This document shows, in pieces, positions 43,219-56,100 of a stretch of 64,000 bases of DNA (position 1 is the first letter of the stretch; each line of letters starts with the position of its first letter). The stretch is from Psammoneis japonica (taxonomy: Eukaryota): contig QPGO01000126.1 in NCBI GenBank assembly GCA_008632985.1, positions 1 through 64,000 of the forward strand, in the 5' to 3' direction. Under the pieces are notes generated by a model that was not told the origin of the DNA, searched no databases, and was given only the letters and a program-made list of their open reading frames with translations. The translations under genes and the position numbers were made by a program.

Positions 43219-43978
43219 CATGGCATGCAAGTCGAAGCCGCAATGAGTAATCCCCAGCCTGAAATGCCGCTGGACCGGCATGCACAACACCCGTTACAGT
43301 CGCTTCAACGGACAACTGCAACTCTCGGTTCCACGACGGCTCAATTAGGCTTGTCATCAACAGTGCAGGTGACACTCTCGATTGATGCTCTCACCGAGTC
43401 AGAAGTGAGAATGGTTCTTGCTCGAGCAGCGCTTACACACCCTGACGTCGTTGCAGAGGCTTCGTCTCACGTTCTGAATATACTGAGAGGAGAACAGAAT
43501 GCTGCTTCTATCGCTCCTGCGGTTCCTGTAAGAAACGGAGTTGTTCCGAGCATAGCAAGCTTAGCAACGGCATATGGCGTACATCATGTACAACCACCAC
43601 TGCCTTCAGTTGCGACTGGCGCATTTCTTCCCATAGCAACGACAAACGACTGCTTCCGAAACCCGAACAGCTGCAGAACTACCGAGTCCTGAGAGACCGC
43701 CTCAAAAAAAGGTGCGATTGAGCACTTCAGCAAAGGACGGTGAGGAGTGGGATGATGGTTGGGATGAAAAGTTCAAAGAATTAAAAGACTTCAAGGAGAA
43801 GTTCAATCACGCTAATGTGGACGCTAAAATTGTCAAGAAACATCCTGAGTACAAAGAATTGATGTCATGGTCTGACAATCAAAGGAAATTTCGCCGGCGG
43901 TACCTTCAGGGTAAAGACAATCCGCGCATCAATCCCCATCGAATCGCAAAGCTTCAAATGTTTGGCTTTCAATGGTAG
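43219..43978 (+). CDS. Helicase-associated (HA) domain protein; probable 1-bp frameshift near 43645
   Basis: WDEKFKELKDFKEKFNHANV..LMSWSDNQRK..RIAKLQMFGFQW; removing one A joins the upstream ORF through ..SPERPPQKKVRL. Confidence 0.75.
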
Positions 43979-44891
43979 TTTATGCATCCAACAACTTAAG
44001 GGGAAGGGGTTCTAAGGGAACGAAAAATCATAGGCTGTGGTAATGCTTTTTGTTAGTGTAAATGCCACAGAACTATCGACTTCCAACGGGGTTCATGCAC
44101 TTCACGTACTACGTAAACAGCTTTTGCAGGAAAAGCCTCTGGTTAATATTGAAAACATCCACCAAATAGCCGCATGCTTCTCTATAGTGCTGTTTCATTT
44201 CTTTTCCTCACACAGCATCAATGGTTCAAACACAGGCTTGTTTCAAGCTGTCAGGGAAACTATCCTTTCAAAAGTTGTGGTATGCAACCAAGGCTTCACT
44301 AGAGAGTTGCCTCATTTTCATAGGGCCACATTGCTGTACTGCAGAACGAGCACACCAGGCTACTTTACAGGCCAAAGTTCCAATCCAATCATCGATTTGT
44401 TCCAGAAATCTGAAAAGAACGGAACGAGCCAGTACAGTGTGGATGCTATCGGGGCCCAAATTCAAATTGGTACCGGCACTTGAAGTCATGAACTCCGGCA
44501 CGAGCTCGCGAAAGGATCAACCAATCGGACGACGGTCGGTCGCCGAATCTCACCGCCCAATATTTGGTGTCAATTGTTCTATTCAGAAATGGAGTGTTTC
44601 ATTAGATTCTCTCCGTTCACTATCAAATTTGTGTAGGTACAAAAGGCGGTTGAATCTTGCGCAGAAGACTTTGTTCGACTCCGACTGCTGACGGCTTCGC
44701 ATTCAGTGACATTTCGCGACACGCGCTGTCACCTTTCTTCGCCAATCCCACTTCCCAACTTCCCGAGCGCACTTTGGAGGTTGTCAACGCGCTGTCATAA
44801 AAACACTTCTTATGATACACTGTATGCATTCTTCACTCAATACACGCTGCTGATCATCACCAAAGCGGCATTACATGTTATAGAATACACA

Positions 44892-45617
44892 ATGGCAAGT
44901 CGAAAACTCACACACTTCTTAACCACCCCTTCACGCGTTGCGAATGCGTTGAACTGGAAACGCATGGGGTCGGTTTTATCGCTCGATATCGGTAAAGACC
45001 GAATCGGAATGGCGGTTGCCTCCCACCCGTCATCAAGTTATGACGGAGACTTTGGCGAAGACCCCGTCGTCAAGCTAGACTCCATCCAGCTCAAGTATGG
45101 GATCCGGAACAACCGTAAGGTTCTTTCTCCCTGCGTGTTGGAAGAACTCCACGCGGTTGTTCAGGAGAACGACGTTTGCGGCCTCGTGGTTGGGTGGCCT
45201 CTCCAACGCGAGGGAAACCTCGGTGCTGCCTGCGGGAAGGTGTTGCACACTCTCGATTGCCTCGTGGAGAACTCAAGCATTCTCCAGAACCGCCCGTTTT
45301 GCCTCTGGAACGAGGACATGGTTGTGCCGAGGTCTCCGGATTCCTTATACGAAGACGAATGGGGAAGATCACCCATTTGGGCGCGGTCGTCCATGAAGGA
45401 GCATCACGTGGCCTCCAAGGAACAGTACGACCACCACGAAGCGTCTCCGGATGTCGCGGCCGAAGTCTGGAGCGACTTTTGCGAGAGCCAGTGGCCTGAG
45501 CATTGCGAACCCAAGGCGCAGGAACGAAAGCAGTCTACGAGCGAGCCTTTCTTCGACCCTAGCTGGTTGGAAGATTGTGAAGGCGGTGGGCAGAATATTC
45601 AGATGTCTCTCCTCTAG
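44892..45617 (+). CDS. YqgF/RuvX-like RNase H-fold protein
   Basis: VLSLDIGKDRIGMAVA, GLVVGWPL..G, CLWNE. Confidence 0.8.
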   Translation: MASRKLTHFLTTPSRVANALNWKRMGSVLSLDIGKDRIGMAVASHPSSSYDGDFGEDPVVKLDSIQLKYGIRNNRKVLSPCVLEELHAVVQENDVCGLVVGWPLQREGNLGAACGKVLHTLDCLVENSSILQNRPFCLWNEDMVVPRSPDSLYEDEWGRSPIWARSSMKEHHVASKEQYDHHEASPDVAAEVWSDFCESQWPEHCEPKAQERKQSTSEPFFDPSWLEDCEGGGQNIQMSLL

Positions 45618-46339
45618 AGAGATATCCATCCCCATAGACACATAGAGAATGGCAAGGGGAAGCCGACATAGATAGATAGGGAACAAAATACAAGTACCGA
45701 TAATTATTAGACCACACGCTTCATCACATCATTATCTACTTCATACTCTACTCCCCAAATCTAGAGTTATTACAATTTCTTCTGCAGACCTAAACACCAA
45801 AATAGAATAGACTTTCACTTGTAGCAATTCATCTACTGACAGGTCACCGGATAATTTCCCTGCCGTACGCTCTAGTTAGTAGTAGTACATAGCAACTTAT
45901 TTCTAAAGCTAAAGAGGTGAAAGCTTAGCATCTAGATTCCTTCGTGGTGTGGTGCAATTCTCTCTACATTTAGAGCTCACTCATCCCGCAACTCTAGGGA
46001 TTCGTAGATGCCAGATTGGTCGTGGTCAGTTGGTCGGAGTTGCGGATGGATCTTGACAACGAAGTCGTGCAGGAGGTGCAAGGTAAACACGTGGTTGAGC
46101 TGTTGCACTGCTCACGCGACCTCCATGTCGCGTTTTTCCAGACGTGGTCACAAGATGACACGAAAACTTATCATTAGGAATCTTCAGCGATGAAGATTTG
46201 AAACAAAAATTTGATTCTCAGAAAGACTGTGGGAAGTTTTCAACGGCAATATACAACCTAAATACTCGAAGAAAGCCTATATGTCTATAATTTTGGTCGT
46301 TTTTAAATTTGAAAATAAATTTTCAATATAATGGCTTTA

Positions 46340-47750
46340 GAGCATGGATATGTTTGGAACATGAGCATCACATGCCACTGCCGTAAGAAAGGTCGCTTTA
46401 TCCGTTGAAGAGGAACGTCGCGTCGAGGGCTTGTCACAACACAACCAAAAACTGGTGCTCCCGCTGCGACGTCAACCTCATCCCAGCCTCCACCAACGAC
46501 TTCCAAGGGTGCAAACCATCTGCCTCAACGTCCAACAGCAGTGCTGTCACACCTGACTTGTGGTCACGACCTCCATGAGCTCCTGGACAATGCCAACCCA
46601 CACTCACCTGCTTTGCATCACATCTGCATGCCCCCTGGAACAAGCCATCACCAAGCCTTGTGCAGAGTGCTGCGCACACCCCATCCTTGCCTCCAACAAC
46701 TTTGCCCACATTGCCCATGGGATTCTTGCTGGTGCCCCCCCTGCGCCTGCTCCTGCGGCCATGGGCACTGCTGGAACTGGTGCAGAGCTCGTCCTTTCAT
46801 GCTTGCATGATTGCATCCCAACCCTTTCATCCTTTTTTTTGCTGGCGGCAAGCCTGGCACATTTGCATTTGGACATTTGCACATGTCGTGTTGGGCAATC
46901 AATGCCAATGCCTCACACACGCATCACACAACAACACGTGTGAAAAATGTAAATGCTCTGCATGTTGAGCAACATGCAATGTGGGGATCCTGTGATTGAT
47001 GACACACCCATGTGCACGAATGTGGTGTGTTTCAAATTTTCCAGCAATGCACTCCATCAACAGCCACAAACTCACCATGACGCTGACATGACATGTCAAC
47101 ATCGCGCAATTCATTTCACATGTGTGTGCCTTGTTGTGCTTTGACATTGATTGATCACAGCAAAAACAGCTGAAATGTTCAATTTTTTGCCCATCGCTTT
47201 TCAACCGCATGAGTCAACAACAAGCCCGTCACACTCGCATGTGACAATTCTGCCACACACAAGTTCACGAGATGCAAAATGTTGTTGATTGTTGTGGCTC
47301 TTGAAGGTGATGCCATTGAGGAAACGGCGACCGCAGAGTTGCCATGGTGTGGTGGTTTCTACAGTTTCCGGCTGCAGCGTTTTAACGGCAAATTCGCAGT
47401 GCTGAAACTGAGTCATGCTTGTCGAGTTGGCATGGCTGCCACTTTGCGCATCATGTGCCTGCCATTCTCAGTGGCGGGGCTGCCAGCAAAAAAAAAAGGA
47501 CATTTGGCGGAAAAAAAATGACTCAGACCTGGACCCCAGGTCCAATCCTGCAAATCTTTCATCAATCACATTAGCGCCCATCCTGCCCACAGGAAAGGCT
47601 GCAACAATGTGGGCCGTTGGTGTGAATGCACACCCACCACAATGCAGCAATGACCGACTTGTTCCAGACTCAGGTGCCCTCGCGCGAAAAAATGACCCTT
47701 TTCGCATGAAACGCGCGGTCCACACTTGCGGTACCATTTTCGATAGTAAA
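46340..47750. other. TpA-depleted degenerate repeat domain, with a candidate tRNA primer-binding site at 46453-46470
   Basis: Abrupt loss of TA; TGGTGCTCCCGCTGCGAC is the complement of a tRNA-like 3' end. Confidence 0.5.
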
Positions 47751-48519
47751 AACATAACAATTTGCAAATGTGTTGTTATGGGTACATACAGAAAGGTCTT
47801 GTGCGTGTACCCATGTATTCGAAACTGTGGATGGACTCAGTTATTAGTCCCTAAATTGTACCGTAAGTTGAGAGCTCTGTTTTCCGAGGAGCGATTTATA
47901 GATGTCTAAATGTGTGTAGAAACGTATAAAATATTATTCTTATATATAAATTAACCCTCTAACATAACATAATTAATCTTTGGTTACAATGCGCGAATAC
48001 AACTTTGATTCAACGGATCGAATAAAACATACGTTGATTGCTAAGTTTCGGACGACGTGAGAAGAAGGGTAGCTCAGCCCACGCAATGGCGTCGACTTCG
48101 GACCATTTTTCACTGTTTAAGAGGCATAAACGATTGAGACACTTGAATCCGTCGAATATATTGAGGAAGTATACATGGTAATGGCAAAGAAATGGTCCTT
48201 AGAGGCAAATTGTGAGTGAATTGAGGCTCAATTGTTGTGGCTGACAGATTTAGTATTATTGTGCCGCGCTGCAACCTGTAACAAGCATTTTCACTATTGT
48301 TGTTGATGCCATAGACTATATCAAATACGGAGGTCCTCGTCATGACATTAAATTTTCCATAAGGCTGAAAAAAGTGGGCCGTCATGGTCACTGAAAGCCA
48401 TGGCCGGTTTGGCTGTTTGTTTGTTCGAGTTTATTCTGTTTATTTTACTTAAAAGCAATTAATATGATCAATATAATGAAATATGTCCGATGTTGTATAA
48501 AGCATAAAAAAATTTTTTT

Positions 48520-51500
48520 CTGCGAAAAGGGGCATGTGCGCGCCACCTAAGTCTGGAACAAGTCGACCTTGGTTTGGTTTCACCGTGGGATTCCCCAAAA
48601 TTCCCCGGGACCACCACCTTTTACTGTGATTTTCCACGGGAAGCATGATTTCCCGGGGAATCACCATGAATTGCACTTCGTTGTGTGCATGCTGCACACA
48701 TGAATAAAAAATCACACATTGGTGGTTCCCCGTGCTTCCCTTCTCATGCATTTCTGCATCTTCTGTGTGCTGGGATGCAGGAGCCAGACAATCGACCGAC
48801 CGCAACAAAAATGGGCAACACGCAATGCGCCATGGCGCGCTCGCATCCCATTCATGACAGCTGTTGTCTGTCAATCACGACACCATTCAATGCATTCGAC
48901 AATGTCAATTGAATGGGATCCATGACATGGAACATGAGATGAAACATGGTTGCACATGTGCAGAATGCTGGTGCAATTGAGTTGTCAGTCGTCAGTTTTT
49001 CTTTTGTCGTGCAGCCACAAATGCAAGCCATGAGGCGCACAGCAAAGGCCAAGGCAAAAGCAGAACCATGCACAGCTGACAACAACAATGATGCGGATTG
49101 AACAGTCACCCTCATTCTTCTAATTTGCACATCTCATGTGCAGAATGAAGGGGATCATTCAGATCACTCTTTGGTCATGCTTTCAGAAAGACAAGCCACA
49201 AGGCGCCCAGTGTGAAGAATGAGGCAAAAGCAGAACCTCACATGGCCAATGAAATGTGGAGGATTGATTGACAGTGTTCATTCTTCCCTTTGACCTGTCT
49301 CATGTGCAGAATGCAGTGTGCCATTTTTTCCATCTTGTGTCATGTGATCACAAGTGCAATCCACAATGGCTCTGGTGCACTGTGCTCAAAGAATGAGCAC
49401 AAACAAAAAAGTAGAATCAAGTGTGAAAAGTGAAAATTATGAGGTTGAATTTCACTCTGTGATTTTTGGTTTCTCCGAATGAGTTCTCAATGGCCCAAAG
49501 CTTCTGCACTGTTTCCACAGACAAAAGGCCTTTCGGAGAATGCACTCGTGACAACAGATTGTCCGGACATGATTGCTGTTGACACGCAAGAGATGTCAAC
49601 ATCGTCAATCGATCGCATTTGCAATTTTTGACATCCGAACAACTCTGTGTGATCGTTCTGTCCTTTGTGCGCATCCATGACTGTGGTGCGATTGACGCAC
49701 AAATGACACACAATTGTGAACATGCACACAACAGTTGCACACGGTGCTGCACTGGAGCAAAGGCCAAGGCAAAAACAGAGCCATGTGTGAGAGCAATGTC
49801 AACATGTGTGATTTGGTGGTAAAGTTTGTTCTTCCCTTGCTCTGCCACAAGGGGCCAATTTGTGTCGATTTGTCGATGCATCCATCATGGTCAGCGGCGG
49901 CAGAGCGTGGCTTCATTTCTGGTTGAATGCATCAAAAGCACACCCGCCCACATGAAATGAGACGTGAATTGCCGCACTGCACTCATTTTTTGTTCCTTCC
50001 CCTGACCCCTTTCAGTCGTTCCTTCCCGCTAAATTGCCCTCATTTCCTGGGTGTTCCCCAAAAGGGTGAGGCAATTCCCCCTTGCCCTTGCCATTTTGGG
50101 GAGTCCCAAATGGGTGAAACCAAGCTGAGGCAATGACCCTGCTCTGCCAATCACCATGGTTTTTCACTCATCACACATCAACACATTTGCAGTGTGCAGC
50201 ATGTTTTTAAAGGAAGAAATGGCAGAGAGGAAAGGACTGCAGTGCCCAGCCTGATGGGGGGCTTTGGGAAGCAGGTCACACTCTTTGTGAATTTTGTCAG
50301 CCCCCATGCCACCATGCATGCCACCCTGCAAAAGAACTCTGCAGTGACAAATTTGTGCAGAAGAAGTGCCAGGGCCCCAGCAGAAATGCCAAACAAGTTC
50401 AGAATTTCATGATTTTTTTGCGTTCCTGGTGCTGATTCTATGATGGATTCTGAACACAGTTTCTGGACATTCCGAACTTTTTTGGCATTTCCACTGGGAC
50501 CCTTGCACTGCTTCTGCACATGACTTTGGTTTTTTGGAGCTCATTTGTGGGGTGGCATGATCAAGAAGACAGCAATGAGAATCATTCAAAAATGTTGCAT
50601 GAGTCACAATTGACATTTTACACAAGGAGGAAAAATGCAAAATTGTGTGGAAATGCATGCAATGTGCCGTGACATCACGCAGCTTTGCACACAATGCAAG
50701 GGGTGAACCTCAAGTGACCAGGAGGTGGTGGCTGCCCAATGTGCCCCAAGCAACCCTGATGATGGGATTCCCAATTTGCCAAAATCAGGTGATTTTGCCA
50801 AATCCAACCAGCCATCCACCCACCCGAATGATTCCCATTGCCCATCTTTCACCAGTGCAAAAACTGTCTGCTCATTGTGGGGGGGAGGATGGAGTGCCCA
50901 TCTTGGAAATGAATGGCATGTCCGGTGTCTTGGTCCCAAGGTGTGCAGAGAAAACATTTTTTTTTTTTCAGAATGGCTTGATGACATCTTTTTCATGACC
51001 AACCTGGAGATGAGCGTGTTTGAGGCATTTCAGCAATTCCACCTTGTCAGCATCAAAGGGTTCTTGAGCCACTGGGTTCCAATGCTCTGTCCTTCCCTCT
51101 GCCAGTTTTTCCCGGCAATTTTCCACACAGCTGATGACTGCTGTGCCTTTTTTGGATGCACTCCAGCTCCAGGTGGGACCTCGCACTGCTGAACTGTGAC
51201 ACAGTTGTTTTTCATCATCCGTCGCATGTTTTGCACGTGCATTTCTACGTGTTCTGTTGTAAAAAATTGTTCCACACTGCCTGTTTTGCGAAGCCAAAGG
51301 CTTTCTGTCATCCACGTTCATGACAACAAAAATGCACTGGGTGCATTCTTTGATGACTGAAGAACACACCTGGACATGCTGCAAAGAATGTGCTTCAAGT
51401 GTGGAGGAGGAGATGCATTCACAAAATTGCATCTTTTTCTGTTGGCGATCATTGACACATCCATTGCTTGACAATTTATTCTGCGGGCCCAATGTCACAA

Positions 51501-52330
51501 AAAGTCCCACCTGGGACTTTAGCCTGTCTTTGATTCATTCATTGTCTTTTCCAGAGCAAGCTTCTTGAACTCATGGATGCCCTCTCTCAATTTTCATTTG
51601 GTGGCTGTGGCTGCGGCTTCTGTCAACACACACACGGTCATTCAACGAGACAACAATTTGGCCAAACTCAGCCCACACCACATTCACTCTGCAAAATCTC
51701 TCCACAATGAGTCATCACTGTCAGCAGGGAGATCCTCCAGTGGAAAAGAAGGTGTTGTTTCAGCAAGCTTTTGAACTGTGGAGTCTCAAAGGAGCTCATT
51801 GTCTGTTGGTGCTGTGCAGTGTTTGCCATTTGCCCCCACATGTGTGACCCACCAGCCACAGCAATGGACAGTGACAGATGAGTTGGGGAAGGCAACTTTT
51901 TTCATTGTGGCACATCATCAATTTAATCCACTGCAGATCTTTCTCTGATGATCTTGGAAGCTCATGGATCATGGTCACCATGCAGAACCAGCATCCAATT
52001 TTGATTGATCTTCAATGATGTGAGTGCATTTTACACAAGCCATTGTCTGCACTGTTTGTTCACATTGCAGCAAGTCCACACAGCACACACATGGAGACAA
52101 ACATCATGATTGGTGGTGTTTTCAATCAGGGGGGCAATCATTGCACATGGTTTGTGCATGAAATCAATCCACTCCTATTTGTCCGAGTCGCTGCTGCACT
52201 TTTTAACATGCAAAATCTTCCTCATGCCCTCCTTTTCAGTTTTGGCTGTGAGCACATCTTGCACCGGCATCAATGCTGCTGCAAGTGGTTGCACATCTTG
52301 CATTTTTGAGTTGGCCACAGCCCCCTTCAT
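48520..52330. other. TpA-depleted degenerate repeat domain (unclassified)
   Basis: CA/TG-rich with almost no TA; internal repeats gcaaaggccaaggcaaaa at about 49042 and 49756; inverted repeat 50354-50520. Confidence 0.55.
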
Positions 52331-53110
52331 CCCTGCACTCTCATGGAGGCATGGGGGGGCAGGCAACTCTGGAAAGTTGGGTGCAGCTGCAATCCAAACC
52401 CCAGCCATGGTTCTTCACAAACATTGGGGTGCATCGATTTGGGTTTGGGTCTAGATTGACTGGCCTCTTTGTCATGGACCATGTCTTGACTCCAGATGAG
52501 GCTGATGCTCTTGCACCAGCATGTGCCAGGCTGTGTTGCAATGCAGCGGTCACTCTTGGTTTGCCCCTGGCACTCAAACTCCACCTGGCATGCATGTCAA
52601 TCAAGCCACTCACTGGCTTCCCTCACAAGCAGTTGCAATGGATTTTCAAGCATGCCTCTTGGATTGCATTCATCTCTTGGTGCAACAACAGCTGGAGAAT
52701 GGTCCACCCCTGCATGCAAAAGTGTTGGAAAAGGTGGCTCAATTCAAATGCAACAAGGTGATGAATTCCAATGACATGTGGATGGGCTTTTCCCCAGTCA
52801 AGGTGCCAATGCAGAGGGAGCTGGTGTGGAGGAATGGGAGGGGATCGTGTCAGGCTTGTCCATGTTGTTTCATCTCGTTGATTTTGAAACGGACGGCCTG
52901 CAAGGAGGGGAAACGCGATTATGGTCGGGGGGCAGGTTCCAAACACGTGGATGTGAAGCCGCGCAAGGGCCGTGTCCTTTTCCTTCGTCGAGGAAGTTCT
53001 ACCGGTAATGCCGTGACGATGCGGGCTTGCCCGTGACGGGGGGGGGGGGGGGGGGGGCAAGTAGAAGTACATACAAGGCACTCATCAATTTGGCCCATGG
53101 AGAAGGGACC
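52330..53110 (+). pseudogene. Prolyl-4-hydroxylase-like 2OG-Fe(II) oxygenase pseudogene
   Basis: HVLTPDEADAL, EFQ*HVDG, LSMLFHL, GGETRLW, VDVKPRKGRVLF, AGLPV..KY across frames; G20 tract at 53038-53057. Confidence 0.65.
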
Positions 53111-53195
53111 GGCACAAAAATGTAAAAATGTTGATGTAAATAGACCGCGTTTAACCTGTGTCCAATAAGAGGTTGCAACCTGCACCATGTTGTAG

Positions 53196-56100
53196 CTACC
53201 GCCGTCTGGGATTGGATTCACCATTGGATGGGACCCTATTGACAGGGTTGTCCAGTGCATAGACATAGGGATGAAGGCTTAGTGGACGAACTAGACTGGC
53301 ATCTTGGTTGCGGGATGGACTAATGAACCGGCCGACACTGGGATCTTGGTACCTCTGACGGAAGTAAAGGAAGTCACCATTGCGCTCGCGGGAAACATAG
53401 TCGTAAAACGTCGTAAATACAAGAGGGTCAAAGGGTGATGTTTCCAACAATCCGTAGGGAGTGTACTGCCTCGGGCCCTGGGGATTTACTACACCAGCAG
53501 CGTCGTGCTCTGTAATGATGGAGCCAACACTGTCTAAACCCAAAAATTTCTGTCCGGGGGACTCTGAGTTATCAGCAGCTATCACGTTGTCCAAATCAGG
53601 GTCATGAAGAAAGCTCTCCGTAAACCCAGAGGAGAGCTGGACGATGCTCTCCAATATGTCTTTATTGTCCAGGAGAAACCTGTCATCAACCGTAGTAACC
53701 CCAGCCGATACTGCCTCAGTTCTCACTCGTGCGCCAAGTGCGTCATAATAAAAGTTCAATTCATCCGTTCCCACGGTCACCCTTCTCAGACGGTCGAGAG
53801 AATCCCAGTCAAGGCTCATTCCGTCTCTTGTGGCAAGTCTTCCATTATCATCCCAGGTGTAGGTCGCCCCTGTTGCACCAGTGGCACCAATCAAGCGATT
53901 ACGGGAATCATAAACGTACGTTGTTACTGCTCCGTCTCTAGTCAATCTTCTCAGATTTCCTGCCGCATCATACTCGTATGATTCGATTCGCGTACCATCA
54001 CGATTCCACTCCGTCAAACGTGAAGCGCCATCATAGGTGTATGTAGATGTTGCCGTCGTCGTTATTTCCTGCTGGCGATTTCCACGCCCATCGTAGGTGT
54101 AGCTGTATTCAAAGAAGAGAGGACTCCCTGAAATATCAAATGTGGGTTTTGTTGTCAGGCGCCCTGCATCATCGTACTCGTACTCGGTCGCAAATCCAGC
54201 AGGATCAACATAACGCATGCGACGGCCAACCCCATCATATTCGTAGGTATGGGTGCCAAGGAGGCTATCCATTATAGAGATAACCTTTCCCGAGGCATCG
54301 TATCCATACTGGATAGACCTATCCACATTACCCGTTGACAGATCTGCCATCTCAATCAAGATGCGATTGCCCGCTGCATCATAGTCGTACTCTACTTTTC
54401 TCATCAGGACTTGGTCCTGAGATGAAGTCATGCGGCTCAGTGCATCATAAACAAACCTTTTAAAGGACCATGGATTCCGGGCTTCAGTCAGGCGACCAAG
54501 ATTATCATAGAAGAAACTCTCTGTTACAATGCCATCAATAGGGTCGTTGTTTGTGACATCTGTCAACAGACAGCGGTCATCGTATATGAAATCGATGGTA
54601 TTCCCAACTGGATCAGTCTGGCTATTCAGATTGCCGCATTCATCATATTGCAGACTGTAGCTGAACGAGAGTGAATCAGTCTTTGTTGTAATGCTGTTGA
54701 GCTCATCGAAGCTGCAAACCGTAATCCCACCATTTGGATCCACAATTCTTTCGAGATTTCCAGCAGGGTCATAGCCATATTCAGTTATTGCATTCTCTGC
54801 ATCCGTTACTCTTTCAAGTTGTCCAAGGACGTTGTACACAAACGACGTAGTATGTGAGTCCGGGTCAAGAACACTTCCGATTCTGCTCAAGCTCTTGCTA
54901 TTTCCGGCACAACTCCTCATTCCCCTTGCTGCACCAAACGGACCATAATTAAACGTCCACGTATTGTCCATTCCATTCGTCCTCGTGGTGATACGGCCAT
55001 TGACGTCATATGTCGCACTATCTTCTTGACCCAAAGCGTTGGTTCTGGTTTCCACGTTCCCGGAACTATCATAGGAGAAGGTTGTTGTCCGGCCGAGGGG
55101 GTCCGTTATTGTTGACAACTGATAAAATAACGACTGATCATATGTAAATATGTTTGTGTTGCCGAGAGGATCAGTCAGTGTTGCCATATTGCCATTGGTA
55201 TCAAAGGAACGACTCGTTACATTTCCGAGTGGATCAGTGTCAGTAAGCCTGTTGTTGTCGTCATCCCAAGTAAAAGTAAAAGTATTGCCAAGAGCGTCCG
55301 TTTCGGACATTGTTCGGCCATCTGAATCAAAAAGAAAGGTAGTGACGGCATTGTTTGCCTCCGTAAAGGTGGCCATGTTTGTTCCGTAGTCTATTGATAG
55401 TACATTGCCACAGCAAGGCGCAGCTGCCATCTCGAGCCGCCCCATTACATCATACATGTAGCCCACAGAGAAACCACGAGGGTCAATCTGATTCTCAATC
55501 AGGTCATTTGCATCATATTCGAATGTGGTGGTGAATCCTCTTACATCGGTGATGGTCCTGAGGAGATCGCCAGAATATGTGAAGGAGACTACCTTGCCTT
55601 CAACGTCAATGACACTCTCAATCTTTCCACTGGGCAGCGTTGTGAACGCAAGCGCGGTCCTGCTTGATGCATCCGCGACACTCACCAAGATACCCATTGC
55701 ATCGTAAGTCATGGTTTCTCTGTTTTGATTGGGATCTCTGGTTTCTCGAAGTTGACCGGCATCGGAAAAAGTATAAACAAAGCCATCAATTGTGGTCAAT
55801 TCAAAACCAACACCTGGGATTTCCACCAACGTCAGATGCTTCCCCGCAGGTCGTATAAAGGTTCCCATATCGTTTACAAAAGTGTGCGTGGTCCCATCAG
55901 CCTCATTGTAAACAACTTTCCCACTCTCAATGTCAAGTGATTCACCGTACGAGAAGCTCCAGCCTAGTCCAAACGGGCCAACTACGTTGGACTTGGAGTT
56001 GTAGAATAGCTCAAAGTTAACGTCACGACCAAGAGCTCCAATGCTAAAGATGGTTCGGGTAATCATGTGGTTCCCACAGAATGGGTTGACGTAATCACCT

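Noticed and set aside
44037..44691. Two overlapping ORFs of about 150 aa between the HA and YqgF-like genes
   Set aside because: No recognisable motifs; likely intergenic.
53038..53057. G20 tract as a regulatory G-quadruplex or phase-variation site
   Set aside because: It lies in a pseudogene and homopolymer length is unreliable in assemblies.
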